From contig JBAZPC010000002.1 of NCBI GenBank assembly GCA_041648395.1, forward strand, positions 29,181-93,180: a DNA stretch of 64,000 nucleotides, given 5' to 3'. A program made the translations under genes and the position numbers. This stretch comes from Minisyncoccota bacterium (GTDB lineage: Bacteria > Patescibacteriota > Minisyncoccia > UBA9983). Of this stretch, positions 17,267 through 26,957 are shown one piece after another. The notes under the pieces were generated by a model. The model was given only the letters and a program-made list of their open reading frames with translations, made no database searches and was not told the DNA's origin. Positions within the stretch are counted from its first letter, which is position 1. Every line of letters begins with the position of its first letter.

Positions 17267-19453
17267 TTAAAACTTTATTCTTTTGAGGCGGAGGGAGTTT
17301 AGAACCACCGACACCGAGCTGAACGCCATGGCTGCGCCGGCTATCATTGGGTTGAGGAGGATTTTAAAGAAAGGGAAGAGAACGCCCGCCGCCACGGGAA
17401 TTAAAACAATATTGTAAATATACGCCCAAAAAAGATTTTGTTTTATATTTCTTAATGTTTTTCTGGAAAGAAGAATCGCTTTGTAAATTCCCATCGGGTC
17501 TCCTGAAGCCAAAGTGATGCCAGCCGATTCTATGGCAATGTCCGTACCGGTGCCGATGGCAATGCCGATGTCCGCCTGAATGAGCGCCGGCGCGTCATTG
17601 ATGCCGTCGCCGACCATCGCCACAATTTTTCCTTTTTCCTGCAATTCTTTCACCTTCTCTGATTTTTTATCAGGCAAAACGGAAGCCAAAATATTTTTTA
17701 TGCCGACTTTTTCGGCAATGGCTTTTGCTGTTATCTCGTTGTCGCCCGTGATCATCCAAACCTCCATGCCCAGATTATTCAATTTATCAATTGTTTCTTT
17801 TGCCGAGTCCTTCAAGGTATCGGCCAGGCCGATAATTCCCAAGGTTTGTTTTTTATCAGAAAGAATCAAAACGGTTTTGCCTTGGCTTTCCGTATTTTTA
17901 ATTTTTTCTTCAATATCCGGCGCCAGCGCCACATTAAAATCATCCAAAAGTTTTTTGTTGCCAAAAATAAACTCCCGCCCCTCGATTGTTCCGGTAATGC
18001 CCTTGCCAATTATTTCCGAAAAATCCGCAACTTTTTTAAGGGAAATATTTTTTATTTGCGCTTCCATGACAACCGCCTTTGATAACGGATGTGTTGAATT
18101 TTGCGCCAAACTGGCGGAAATTTGCAGAATATCTCCGATAATATCGGTCACCGCCGGCTCGCCCTTTGTTATTGTTCCTGTCTTGTCCAGAACAACGGCG
18201 TTGATACGGCCGGCTGTTTCTAAATATTGCGCGTTCCTGATAAAAATTCCGTTTTCCGCTCCTTTGCCAGTGCCTGTTATGACCGCCACCGGCGTGGCCA
18301 ACCCTAAGGCGCAAGGGCAGGCGACCACAAGAACCGCCACAGCATTAACTAGAGCAAACGTTAAGCGGGGAGCGGGGCCGGCAAAAATCCAAATAATAAA
18401 GGTCAAAACAGAGACAGCCATGACAACGGGAACAAAAAAACCCGTAATTTTATCCGCCAGTTTCTGTATCGGCGCCTTTGTCGCCTGCGCCTCTTCCACT
18501 GTTTTTATAATATGAGAAAGAAAAGTATCTTTGCCAACCTTCAACGCCTTCATTTTAAACACGCCCGCTTTGCTGATGGTGGCGCCTATCACTTCGTTTC
18601 CCTTTTTTTTATCGGAAGGAAGAGATTCTCCGGTAACCATTGATTCGTCAAGAGAAGCGTTTCCTTCAAAAATAATTCCGTCTACGGGAATTTTTTCGCC
18701 TTGTTTTACCAAAAGAATGTCGCCAACCCTCACTTTGTTTATATCTATGTCTTTTATATTTCCGTCAGCGCCGACAAGATGCGCTGTTTTTGCGCCAAGT
18801 TTCAGAAGTTTTTTAATGGCTTCCGAAGCAGCGCCTTTCGCTCTCGCCTCCAAAAATTTTCCCAGCATTATAAAAGTTATAACCACAGCTGAAACATCAA
18901 AATACAGATTAAATCCGAGATTAAAAAGAACAACAGCCGCGCTGAAAAAATATGCCGCTCCTGTGCCAACTGCCACCAGTGAATCCATGCCCGGCCTTAA
19001 ATTTTTAAATTCATAAAAGGATCCTCTCCAAAATTGTGCGCCGACCCAAAACTCCACCGGAGTCGCCAACGCCAAAAGAATCAAGAATGACAAATTTTTC
19101 GGGATAAAAGCGACAGCAGCGCCGCCAAAACTGAGAATAACCGCGATAAGAGAAGCAACAGCGCCGAAAATGAGTTTGTTCCTCAATGTTTTCATTTTTT
19201 TTTCTTCCAACATTTTCGCGTGGTCGTGATGCTCTTCTTCAACTTTATAACCGAGATTTTTAATTTCTTTTATTATCGCTTTTTGATCCATTTCTTTTTC
19301 ATGAGTGAGAAAAAGTTTTTCAGAAACAAGATTAACGCTGGCGCTCTTTACGCCTTCTATTTTTTTTACTACTCCCTCAATGGAAGCCGCGCACGAGGCG
19401 CAATGCATGCCGGAAATTTTTAATGTCGTTTTATTTTCCATAATTTTAATCAA
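17267..19453 (-). CDS. copA: Copper-translocating P1B-type ATPase
   Basis: N-terminal HMA domain (GMHCASCAASIEG), CPC motif in TM6 (ACPCALGLATP), DKTGTIT phosphorylation site and GDGINDAP hinge. Confidence 0.9.
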   Translation of the reverse strand: MIKIMENKTTLKISGMHCASCAASIEGVVKKIEGVKSASVNLVSEKLFLTHEKEMDQKAIIKEIKNLGYKVEEEHHDHAKMLEEKKMKTLRNKLIFGAVASLIAVILSFGGAAVAFIPKNLSFLILLALATPVEFWVGAQFWRGSFYEFKNLRPGMDSLVAVGTGAAYFFSAAVVLFNLGFNLYFDVSAVVITFIMLGKFLEARAKGAASEAIKKLLKLGAKTAHLVGADGNIKDIDINKVRVGDILLVKQGEKIPVDGIIFEGNASLDESMVTGESLPSDKKKGNEVIGATISKAGVFKMKALKVGKDTFLSHIIKTVEEAQATKAPIQKLADKITGFFVPVVMAVSVLTFIIWIFAGPAPRLTFALVNAVAVLVVACPCALGLATPVAVITGTGKGAENGIFIRNAQYLETAGRINAVVLDKTGTITKGEPAVTDIIGDILQISASLAQNSTHPLSKAVVMEAQIKNISLKKVADFSEIIGKGITGTIEGREFIFGNKKLLDDFNVALAPDIEEKIKNTESQGKTVLILSDKKQTLGIIGLADTLKDSAKETIDKLNNLGMEVWMITGDNEITAKAIAEKVGIKNILASVLPDKKSEKVKELQEKGKIVAMVGDGINDAPALIQADIGIAIGTGTDIAIESAGITLASGDPMGIYKAILLSRKTLRNIKQNLFWAYIYNIVLIPVAAGVLFPFFKILLNPMIAGAAMAFSSVSVVLNSLRLKRIKF

Positions 19454-20732
19454 CTACCTCAATTATACCCGATACCATCCCCATCCAACAGCTGAATTTA
19501 TATCTGCCGGGTTTTTGGGGCGTAAACTCTCTCATGGAAATTTCTCCGGGAGATAGTTTTATTTCTCCGTCAAACAAATTTCTCGCTATGACCGCGTTGG
19601 TGCAACCGCTTGTTCCGGTGTCGGTAATTTCCCATCTTACCGGAATGCCCGCTTTTACTTTGAAATAATTTGGTTTGTATCCCGAAGAAGACGCTTCCAT
19701 TTTTATAATCTGCTTCCCGTCAATAATAGACGCCAAATTTTCATTCAAGTTTTTTACTCCCAAGACGTTGAGTTGCGCGTTGATATTATAAAGAGCGAAA
19801 AACAAGACCAAAATTCCGGCAATTTTCATGAATCTTTCCGACCAGCGCGGAATACTTGAAAATTTAACGCTGGAAAAGCCGATGGCCAGCAAGCTAGGCA
19901 AGGTGCCGAGAGAAAACAATCCCATTATCAAACCTCCCTGCAAAGCGCTGCCTGATAAAATCGCCACGCCTTGGGCGGTTAAAGTAAACCCGCAAGGAAG
20001 AAAAAAAGTGAACGCGCCCATAAGAAACGGCGCGCCATGTCCGGGAGGCAGGTGGCCGCCAGCCACCTGCCTTGTCAAAAATTTCGGCATCCTGATCTGG
20101 AATTTCTGGAAAAATTTTATGCCGAGCATTTGCAACGACATTAGAATCATTAGCGCTGAAACAATTATTACAAGAAAAGAAGCTGACTTGAGAGAGAATT
20201 GCAACTTGCCACCCGCGACTCCCAGTAATGCGCCAAAAAAAGAATAAGAAATAATTCTTCCGAAACTAAAAAGCAGATGCGGACGCGGCCCGCTCCATTG
20301 TTTCGCCATGGAAAGAATTACCCCGCCAACCAGCGCCGCACAAGTGGAAAAGCCAGCGGCCAATCCGAATAAAAAGAAAGCAAAGAGAGACGATTTTGCG
20401 TTTATGTTCACCAGAGAAGAAATTCCTGTTTTTCCAATAAGAATAATTCCGGCGACTACAACCGCCGAAATAATTATTATTGACGCAATGCTGTTTTTAG
20501 AGAGATGTTCTTTTTGAAACGGATAGGAAGAGAAAACGTAGCCATTTTCTTTAAAAATTTTATTCAATTTTTCAACAGCAGGCGGAGCACTGTCATATTC
20601 AATTAGAACTTTTCCGTTTGACACGGAAGCGTCCGTCAGTTTCACTCCTTCCATTTCTAAAATTTTTTTTTCAATAAAAATCTCGCACGAGGCGCAATGC
20701 ATACCTTTTACATAATAAACGACTTCCTTCAT
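19446..20732 (-). CDS. Metal-handling membrane protein: N-terminal HMA domain, polytopic membrane core, C-terminal cupredoxin-like domain
   Basis: HMA motif GMHCASCEIFIEK, more than 6 TM helices with Cys-containing segments, and a C-terminus YKPNYFKVKAGIPVRWEITDTG...FSCWMGM resembling a small blue-copper fold. It overlaps copA by 8 bp. The start is ambiguous (TTG at 20768 or ATG at 20732). Confidence 0.5.
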   Translation of the reverse strand: MKEVVYYVKGMHCASCEIFIEKKILEMEGVKLTDASVSNGKVLIEYDSAPPAVEKLNKIFKENGYVFSSYPFQKEHLSKNSIASIIIISAVVVAGIILIGKTGISSLVNINAKSSLFAFFLFGLAAGFSTCAALVGGVILSMAKQWSGPRPHLLFSFGRIISYSFFGALLGVAGGKLQFSLKSASFLVIIVSALMILMSLQMLGIKFFQKFQIRMPKFLTRQVAGGHLPPGHGAPFLMGAFTFFLPCGFTLTAQGVAILSGSALQGGLIMGLFSLGTLPSLLAIGFSSVKFSSIPRWSERFMKIAGILVLFFALYNINAQLNVLGVKNLNENLASIIDGKQIIKMEASSSGYKPNYFKVKAGIPVRWEITDTGTSGCTNAVIARNLFDGEIKLSPGEISMREFTPQKPGRYKFSCWMGMVSGIIEVVD

Positions 20733-20768
20733 AAGAATAATTCTATTCGGTGTGCTAGAATTAAACAA

Positions 20769-21242
20769 ATGGACTCAATGATAAGTAACAATTTGGACAT
20801 ATTTATAAAGCTTTCCGTCGCCATGTTTTTGGGCGTCATTCTCGGTGTTGAAAGAACGGTGGCGCATAAAACCGCCGGCATGAGAACGTACGGATTGGTG
20901 AGTATGGGAGCGGCGCTGTTCGTGGTAATTTCAGAAATGGTTGCCAAAAATTACCTCGGAAATGGCTCCGGAGGAGCCATTTCTTCCGTTGACCCGTTGC
21001 GCATGGCCTCGCAGGTTATCGCCGGCGTTGGCTTTCTCGGCGCGGGCTTGATTATCTTTCAGGAGTCGGGGCAGAGGGTCAGCGGGCTCACCACGGCGGC
21101 GGGGTTGTGGGTTTCCGCCGGCATCGGCATCGCCGCGGGCTTCGGATTTTTCTCTTTGGCAATTTTCGCCGCCGTTCTGTCTCTTTTTGTTTTTACAATT
21201 CTTTGGTTCATCGAGAAAAAAATAAAAGAAATGTCGCAATAA
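20769..21242 (+). CDS. MgtC/SapB-family membrane protein
   Basis: LGVERTVAHKTAGMRTYGLVSMGAALF signature of the MgtC family. The start is trimmed to ATG 20769. Confidence 0.7.
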   Translation: MDSMISNNLDIFIKLSVAMFLGVILGVERTVAHKTAGMRTYGLVSMGAALFVVISEMVAKNYLGNGSGGAISSVDPLRMASQVIAGVGFLGAGLIIFQESGQRVSGLTTAAGLWVSAGIGIAAGFGFFSLAIFAAVLSLFVFTILWFIEKKIKEMSQ

Positions 21243-21330
21243 GATATCCACAAGAATTTTTTAAGAACGCAAAATTTTGTTTCATAAAGAGATAAAATAT
21301 AAGTAGTTTAGATCTTTAAGGAGGTGAGGG

Positions 21331-21555
21331 ATGAAAGAGGGAAAACCGTTTGATTGCGATTATAGAAAAAAACAAGGATACAAAGATATCCACGTAGTTC
21401 CAAAAATAATAAACGGAAAAGAGATCTGCCCCCACACCAAAAATTATGCGTGCAAAAACATAATAAACTGCTCTTTTTATAGCACCCTCTTTGAATCACA
21501 TCTTAGTAGAAGAGATAAAATAATGCACGCCTGCGATTCCTACAACCCCGCTTAA
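21331..21555 (+). CDS. Cys-rich small protein (74 aa)
   Basis: Strong RBS aaggaggtgaggg 5-17 nt upstream, 7 Cys, followed by a hairpin plus T-run terminator at 21556-21580. Confidence 0.35.
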   Translation: MKEGKPFDCDYRKKQGYKDIHVVPKIINGKEICPHTKNYACKNIINCSFYSTLFESHLSRRDKIMHACDSYNPA

Positions 21556-21630
21556 GTGGGGTTGTTTTTTTAATAGGGTTGATCCCGTTAGAGGCAGAGG
21601 CGCTGCGAGCCCTCGCGGCCTCTAATGGGA

Positions 21631-21657
21631 TTGACTTTTGGCCTTAAAAAATATAAT
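21631..21657 (+). promoter_or_regulatory. Sigma70-like promoter TTGACT-N15-TATAAT upstream of the acidic Cys-rich mini-ORF
   Basis: ttgacttttggccttaaaaaatataat, preceded by a nested GC hairpin (agaggc...gcctct). Confidence 0.4.
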
Positions 21658-21667
21658 TTTAAGCATT

Positions 21668-21796
21668 ATGGACGACGATAAAGAAAAGGACGGCTGCGAT
21701 TGCGGTTCATGTCCCGGATGCGGCGCAGATGATGCCAGCGAAACAACCGCCGACGAAAAGGAAGTGGTTGAAACCGAGGACGAAGACGCGGAGTAG
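21668..21796 (+). CDS. Acidic Cys-rich mini-protein (42 aa) MDDDKEKDGCDCGSCPGCGADD...
   Basis: Own translation, not in the ORF track (<60 aa). The CDCGSCPGC cluster suggests metal binding. It has its own promoter and a downstream hairpin cccggcaggaagccggg. Confidence 0.3.
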   Translation: MDDDKEKDGCDCGSCPGCGADDASETTADEKEVVETEDEDAE

Positions 21797-21822
21797 CCAA
21801 AACCCGGCAGGAAGCCGGGCCT

Positions 21823-21893
21823 GCGGGATTAGTTAAATGGTATAATATCAGTTTTCCAAACTGAGGTTAGGAGTTCGATTCCCCTATCCCGCA
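21823..21893 (+). tRNA. tRNA-Gly (anticodon TCC)
   Basis: Manual fold: acceptor GCGGGAU/AUCCCGC, anticodon stem UCAGU/ACUGA with loop UUUCCAA, T loop UUCGAUU (one A-C mismatch in the T stem). Confidence 0.6.
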
Positions 21894-21906
21894 TTTTTTG
21901 GAGTTC

Positions 21907-21984
21907 CCTGCCCGCCATGCGAGCCGCCACGCCCGACTTCGCAAGATGAAGTCGTTGCGGGCGGGCAGGCGAGGCAGGCGGGGA
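21907..21984. repeat. GC-rich palindromic element (CCCGCC...GGCGGG family), nested hairpins
   Basis: cctgcccgcc...ggcgggcagg termini are reverse complements with an inner hairpin. It lies immediately 3' of tRNA-Gly in an otherwise AT-rich genome. Confidence 0.6.
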
Positions 21985-22167
21985 TTCTCCCTGTCCGCAC
22001 CAGACAGGAAAAGTCAAAGAGTTTTGGTTCGCCTCGCTTCGCTCGGCGACTAATTTGTATTGGATTTTGGGGGTAAAAACGAATTGGCGATTCTGCATTT
22101 TGGGGGAAGAAAATTTTTTAATCATAAAGTCGAAATAAATTATTATTAACTATACTATAATGCACAT

Positions 22168-22725
22168 ATGAACAAAACTATTAAATATGCGGGTGTCGCT
22201 GGAATACTTTCTCTAATATTTGTCGTTCCAGTAACGTTTTTTGAAATTCTTAAGAGCTTGAACAAACTTGATGGTGGTTTCACATCGGTATACATTTTTG
22301 TTCTCCTCATATCATTGATTTTGTACATTGTTTTCATACATGGCTTTAAACTTGTTGCGGAAAAATATCAAAATAATTTATTGAGAATATCGTCTTATAT
22401 TTTGATAATTTCTGCCATAGTTTATTACGGCTATTTAGTGCTCACTTTAATTTCTCCAAACCTAGACAATATTGTGATCCAAATTTTGGCCGCAGTAATC
22501 TTTGGAGCAGCAAATATCCCATTCGGGATTGCTTTATTAAAACTAAAGCCACAATTTGGTTCTCTCGCCACTGGTGCAGGCGTTGTAGAAATAATTACAG
22601 GTGTCAGTCTTTTATCGGTTATATTGTCAATCGTTGGAATTTTACTACTCATACCTCTTTATATTTTAACGTCAATGATTTTGTTTCGAGCAGCTAAAAA
22701 AATCGAAACAACTCCAGCAATCTAG
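22168..22725 (+). CDS. Polytopic membrane protein, unknown function
   Basis: 185 aa with about 6 TM helices. Confidence 0.4.
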   Translation: MNKTIKYAGVAGILSLIFVVPVTFFEILKSLNKLDGGFTSVYIFVLLISLILYIVFIHGFKLVAEKYQNNLLRISSYILIISAIVYYGYLVLTLISPNLDNIVIQILAAVIFGAANIPFGIALLKLKPQFGSLATGAGVVEIITGVSLLSVILSIVGILLLIPLYILTSMILFRAAKKIETTPAI

Positions 22726-23040
22726 TTAATCTCTGAATTGCTTTTATTGAATGCCGCCAAAGAAAAACTTGAAATTGTCAGCAGTGCGGCTCCGCCGTCT
22801 TTCCGAATTTTCGCGGGGGGAATTCCTCGCCGCCTGCGGCGAAATGCGTTCGGACTAATTCAAGAATCCCGCATTCAAATCAAAACCTGCAAACAAAATT
22901 TTCCTTGGTGTTCCGCTCTGAACAAGCAGGCGGAGGTTCCCCTAGCTTCACCGCTCGGACGGCGGGGCGGAAGGAGGTTGGGGGAGGAATGGAAATCCAC
23001 AGGGGTTGACTCGTTGTGCTTTCCAGACTTGTGCTATAAT

Positions 23041-23817
23041 ATGAACATTATGGAAATACTTATTTGGCCGATGGTTGGTTTCGTGTTTTTCCTCGTCCTA
23101 TTTGGATTGAGGATAGTTGATCAATATGAGCGCGGAGTTGTGCTTACTCTTGGTAAATACACAGGAACGCGTTCGCCCGGTTTGACGTGGATTCTAATTG
23201 GAATTCAGAAAATGACCAAAGTTGATTTGCGTATCACCACTACCGACATACCACAGCAAGAAGTTATCACAAAAGATAATGTTCCCGTCGGTATCAACGC
23301 GGTAGTATACTTCCAAGTTCAAAATGCCGAGCAGGCTGTTTTAACTATAAAAGATTACACGCTCGCGGTTTCCCAATACGCGCAGGCAGCACTTCGAGAT
23401 GTTATCGGCAGTATTGAACTTGACTCGCTTTTGTCGGAAAGAGAAAAAAATGCCGAAGAAATCCAAAAGATTGTTTCCCAAGCAACGGGGTCTTGGGGTA
23501 TTTTGGTTACTGATATTAAAATCCAAGACATAGAACTTCCAGCAGATATGAAGCGCATCATGGCAAAGCAAGCGGAGGCAGAACGTGAACGCCGAGCAGT
23601 TATCATCAAGGCAGAAGGAGAATTTGCAGCGTCAGAGCGACTTGCTCAAGCGGCTGGTGTCTTAAGTAGTACGCCGGGTGGTATTTCAATGAGAACTCTA
23701 CAAACAATAGAGAAAATAAATCCCGATCCTTCCAAGACGGTTATCTTTGCTTTGCCGGTTGAGTTTTTTGAAGGAATAAAAAGCCTCTCGAAATATTTTA
23801 ATGAAAAACAAAAGTAG
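23041..23817 (+). CDS. SPFH/band-7 (stomatin/prohibitin-like) domain protein
   Basis: N-terminal TM then ...DLRITTTDIPQQEVITKDNVPVGINAVVYFQV...AEAERERRAVIIKAEGEF. The start is trimmed to ATG 23041 because the upstream in-frame stretch is GC-rich noncoding-like. An extended -10 tgctataat sits directly upstream, so the mRNA is possibly leaderless. Confidence 0.8.
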   Translation: MNIMEILIWPMVGFVFFLVLFGLRIVDQYERGVVLTLGKYTGTRSPGLTWILIGIQKMTKVDLRITTTDIPQQEVITKDNVPVGINAVVYFQVQNAEQAVLTIKDYTLAVSQYAQAALRDVIGSIELDSLLSEREKNAEEIQKIVSQATGSWGILVTDIKIQDIELPADMKRIMAKQAEAERERRAVIIKAEGEFAASERLAQAAGVLSSTPGGISMRTLQTIEKINPDPSKTVIFALPVEFFEGIKSLSKYFNEKQK

Positions 23818-23820
23818 TTG

Positions 23821-24630
23821 CTATTTGATTTCTTTCAAAAATCCTTCGATAAGGGCAACTGTCTCATCCGCCTTTTGAAATACTGATTTCCAAATTACAA
23901 CAATATCCGCATCGTTGAAAATTGACCGCTGAACTTCGCGAAGTGTGTCGCCTCCAGCGATAGAGATCATGATGTTGTAATTGCCTTTTATGCGACGAAT
24001 TTCGTGTAAAGGTATTTGTTTTTCCCGATTAAATTTTTCCTCATCTACACCTCGGTGAATAATAACTACAGCCGGAATTTTTTTGAGCGAGCGCAATACC
24101 GATAAAGGAAATTCTACATTCATCATGTCAATCATTGCGTCCAGTCCGCTCTCCTCACATTTTTCCACAAACGAATTGAGGGTTTCTATTGGCGCATTTC
24201 CTAAAGCAATAGCCGCGCTCGCTCCGCCCCTTGCGGCTATCTCAACTTCGGTTTCGCCTCTATCCATTGTTTTCAAATCGGCAACAATGTAGGGAAAAAT
24301 TTCTGTACTATTTTTTGTTGTGGAAGGTGCTGTATTTGTGTTAAAAGCAGTTTGAAAAAGTAACGAGGCTACAGAAATTGAGGACGAAACGGCCGGTGTT
24401 AAAAATTGCCCAGACAAATGCTGTTCGTACCATTGGCGAATTTGCCGTATTCCATGTTCTCCATATCTTTTGATAAGCGGCGTTCCAGCTTCAATAATAA
24501 TTCTGTCGCTTATCGGCAATTGATTGATAATTTCATGAGCGTCCTCAAGCGTACCGTTTAATGCCACTTGCAAATAGCGTTTTTTGGGATTTAACCTATT
24601 TGTTGGTTTGTCAGCCATAGATGGCGTCAT
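23821..24630 (-). CDS. Orotidine-5'-phosphate decarboxylase-family enzyme (3-hexulose-6-phosphate synthase / KGPDC-like)
   Basis: YLQVALNGTLEDAHEIINQLP...IIIEAGTPLIKRYGEHGI matches the HPS/KGPDC signature. The start is trimmed to MTPSMADK (24630) because the upstream in-frame stretch spans the hup terminator. Confidence 0.5.
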   Translation of the reverse strand: MTPSMADKPTNRLNPKKRYLQVALNGTLEDAHEIINQLPISDRIIIEAGTPLIKRYGEHGIRQIRQWYEQHLSGQFLTPAVSSSISVASLLFQTAFNTNTAPSTTKNSTEIFPYIVADLKTMDRGETEVEIAARGGASAAIALGNAPIETLNSFVEKCEESGLDAMIDMMNVEFPLSVLRSLKKIPAVVIIHRGVDEEKFNREKQIPLHEIRRIKGNYNIMISIAGGDTLREVQRSIFNDADIVVIWKSVFQKADETVALIEGFLKEIK

Positions 24631-24714
24631 TATATTAGATTTAGACGAATTTTGCCAATTGTTTCGGTGAAAAAAGAAAAGAAGCCCGCGAGGTAGCCGC
24701 CAGAAAGACATAAA

Positions 24715-24750
24715 AAACAAAAAACCCTCGACACAAGCTCGGGGTTTTTT
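24715..24750. terminator. Hairpin aaaaaccctcgacacaagctcggggtttttt downstream of hup
   Basis: GC stem flanked by A and T runs. The loop motif cgacaagctcgggg recurs at 44462-44496 and in-frame at 49811-49840. Confidence 0.6.
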
Positions 24751-24795
24751 GTTTTTCCTAGCTAGAAAAAAATTATTTGACTGCAAGCAGTGAGT

Positions 24796-25068
24796 TTATC
24801 GAACTGCTTCTTTCAACGCCTTGGCTGCCCTGAATTTCGGGGCTTTTGAGGCCGGGACGCTCACTGCCTCTCCTGTTCTTGGGTTCCTCGCCTGGCGCGC
24901 CTTTCTTTGTTTTACGGAAAAAATTCCCAATCCGGCAATAGAAACTTCGTCTCCTTTTTTGAGAGAAGAAACGATTGAGTCAATCATTGTGTCAACCGCC
25001 TTTTCCGCGTCAACTTTGGTTCCTCCGAGAACATTTTGCACCGCTTCCACAATTCCATTTTTATTCAT
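24796..25068 (-). CDS. hup: DNA-binding protein HU
   Basis: 90 aa with MNKNGIVEAV...GLGIFSVKQRKARQARNPRTGEAV (arm and beta-ribbon). Confidence 0.9.
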   Translation of the reverse strand: MNKNGIVEAVQNVLGGTKVDAEKAVDTMIDSIVSSLKKGDEVSIAGLGIFSVKQRKARQARNPRTGEAVSVPASKAPKFRAAKALKEAVR

Positions 25069-25073
25069 AAATT

Positions 25074-25155
25074 GAGTATTTAGTAGCCAGTATTTTAGTA
25101 GCCAGTATTTTTTAAAAAATTATTCTGACTACTCTTTACTGATTACTGATTACTA
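25074..25155. repeat. Heptamer/15-mer repeat block (agtagccagtatttt x2 plus an inverted ctgactact...tactgattactgattact), intergenic hup-rny
   Basis: It has direct and inverted copies of the same family. Confidence 0.75.
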
Positions 25156-25221
25156 TTATTAATTTTCGACCTGTTATTATATGGCTCTATTATATAGATT
25201 GGCCTTTTTAATGCAATACCC

Positions 25222-26751
25222 TTATCTGGCGTACTCAATTACCCTTGAATCTCTAATAACGCTCACTTTTATCTCGCCCGGGTATTTCAATTCGTCTTCA
25301 ATTTTATCGGCAATTTGGCGCGCCATCTTTTTCGCCTCAATATCGGACACCTTGTCGGGCGTGACGAAGATTCTTATCTCCCGTCCCGCTTGAATGGCGT
25401 ATGACTTTTCCACGCCAGTGAAAGAATTGGCTATTTTTTCAAGGTCTTCCAGCCGTTTCAGGTAATTTTCCAGCGTGTCCCGCCTCGCGCCCGGCCTGGC
25501 GCCGGAGATGGCGTCGGCCGCCTGCACGATCACCGCTTCCACGCTTTCATACGCGTATTCCTCGTGGTGCGCCTGCATGGCCTTGATAATTTTTTCGTCA
25601 ACGTTGAATTTTTGGAGAATCCTCCTGCCGATGTCCACATGCGTCCCTTGGATTTCGTGGTCCATGGCTTTGCCGATATCGTGCAGAAGTCCGGCTTTTT
25701 TCGCCACCTGCACGTCAGCTTTCAATTCTGAGGCCAGCATGCCGGCAAGGTGCGCCACTTCAATGGAATGCTGGAGAACATTCTGGCCGTAGCTTGTCCT
25801 AAAATACAATCTGCCTAAAATAGAAAGGAGTCGCTGGTCAAGGTCAATCAATCCCGTTTCGTACGCAGCCGCTTCTCCTTTTTGTTTGATGAGTTTATCA
25901 ACCTCCATTTTCGCCCGCTCTGCCATCTCCTCAATTCTTGCCGGCTGGATTCTGCCGTCCAAAATCAAATTTTCCAAAGCGATTTTTCCAATCTGCCTGC
26001 GCACGGGGTCAAATGAGGAAATGACAACGGCGCCCGGCGTGTCGTCAACGATAATTTCCACTCCCACGGCCTGCTCCAGCGCCCTAATGTTTCTTCCTTC
26101 CTTGCCGATAATTTTTCCCTTCAAGTCGTCGGAGGGAATAGGCACGGTGGTGGTGGTAACCTCCGAGGCGGTTGAAGAAGCCAGCCGTTGAATGGTGGAA
26201 ACTAAAATATCTTTCGCTTTCCTTTCAAATTCCTCCCTGCCCGTCATTTCCATCTTTTGAATGCGCATCATCAAATCCTGTTCATATTTTTTCTCTGTCA
26301 TTTCTATCAACTCGTTTTTGGCCTGCTCTTCCGAGAGGGAAGAAATTTCTTCCAATTCCGTCATTTTTTTCGCCTCCAGGGCTTCCAGTTCTTCTTTTTT
26401 ATTTTTCAAGAAAACGATTTTTTCCTGAAGATTCTGCGCCTCTTTTTCCACTTCCTCGCGCCTTTTTTCCACATTCTCTTCTTTTTGTAAGGCACGCTCT
26501 TCAAGTTTGCGCACTTGAACAAGGGCGGTTTTTTCCTCCTTTTTTGCTTCTTCTAATATAGATTCTGCTTTTTGTGTCGCTTCTTCTATCGCTTTTTGCG
26601 CCTTGTCTTTGGCGTCAAGAAGGAGCTGTTTTATCTTAAATTCGGCCGAACTTTTTTGTTTAAGAGAGACGAGCTGGTGAAAGAAATAGCCGATGATTAT
26701 TCCTCCCAATCCCGAAAAGCCCGCCAAAAGCACAACTTTGGTTAAATTCAT
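25222..26751 (-). CDS. rny: Ribonuclease Y
   Basis: N-terminal TM, coiled coil, KH domain (GKIIGKEGRNIRALE) and HD domain (LLHDIGKA). 509 aa. Confidence 0.9.
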   Translation of the reverse strand: MNLTKVVLLAGFSGLGGIIIGYFFHQLVSLKQKSSAEFKIKQLLLDAKDKAQKAIEEATQKAESILEEAKKEEKTALVQVRKLEERALQKEENVEKRREEVEKEAQNLQEKIVFLKNKKEELEALEAKKMTELEEISSLSEEQAKNELIEMTEKKYEQDLMMRIQKMEMTGREEFERKAKDILVSTIQRLASSTASEVTTTTVPIPSDDLKGKIIGKEGRNIRALEQAVGVEIIVDDTPGAVVISSFDPVRRQIGKIALENLILDGRIQPARIEEMAERAKMEVDKLIKQKGEAAAYETGLIDLDQRLLSILGRLYFRTSYGQNVLQHSIEVAHLAGMLASELKADVQVAKKAGLLHDIGKAMDHEIQGTHVDIGRRILQKFNVDEKIIKAMQAHHEEYAYESVEAVIVQAADAISGARPGARRDTLENYLKRLEDLEKIANSFTGVEKSYAIQAGREIRIFVTPDKVSDIEAKKMARQIADKIEDELKYPGEIKVSVIRDSRVIEYAR

Positions 26752-26957
26752 ATGCGTAGAGCATTTTGTTCTTATTTTCCATTTTTTTTAAACTCGAACT
26801 GATGCCAAAATTAAATAATAAACTTATGGCTTTATAGTAGCCCATATGATAAAATAAATCAACATAGGGACGAGTGGTGATGGGTTGATGTTATCGAACT
26901 TCAATTTTTTGCGAAGATTTATAATAAGGATATAAAGTATTTTATAAAATAAATCTT

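Noticed and set aside
2538-21253. Additional TATCCACA-like DnaA boxes at 2538-2546 and 21245-21253.
   Set aside because: They are single isolated 8/9 matches far from dnaA, expected by chance in 64 kb, and not evidence of an origin.
22790-22990. GC-rich block considered as SRP (4.5S) RNA because of GGAAGG/GCAGG motifs.
   Set aside because: It lacks the conserved domain IV sequence (AGGUCAGG...GGAAGCAGC) and the helix arrangement, so it is kept only as an unexplained GC block.
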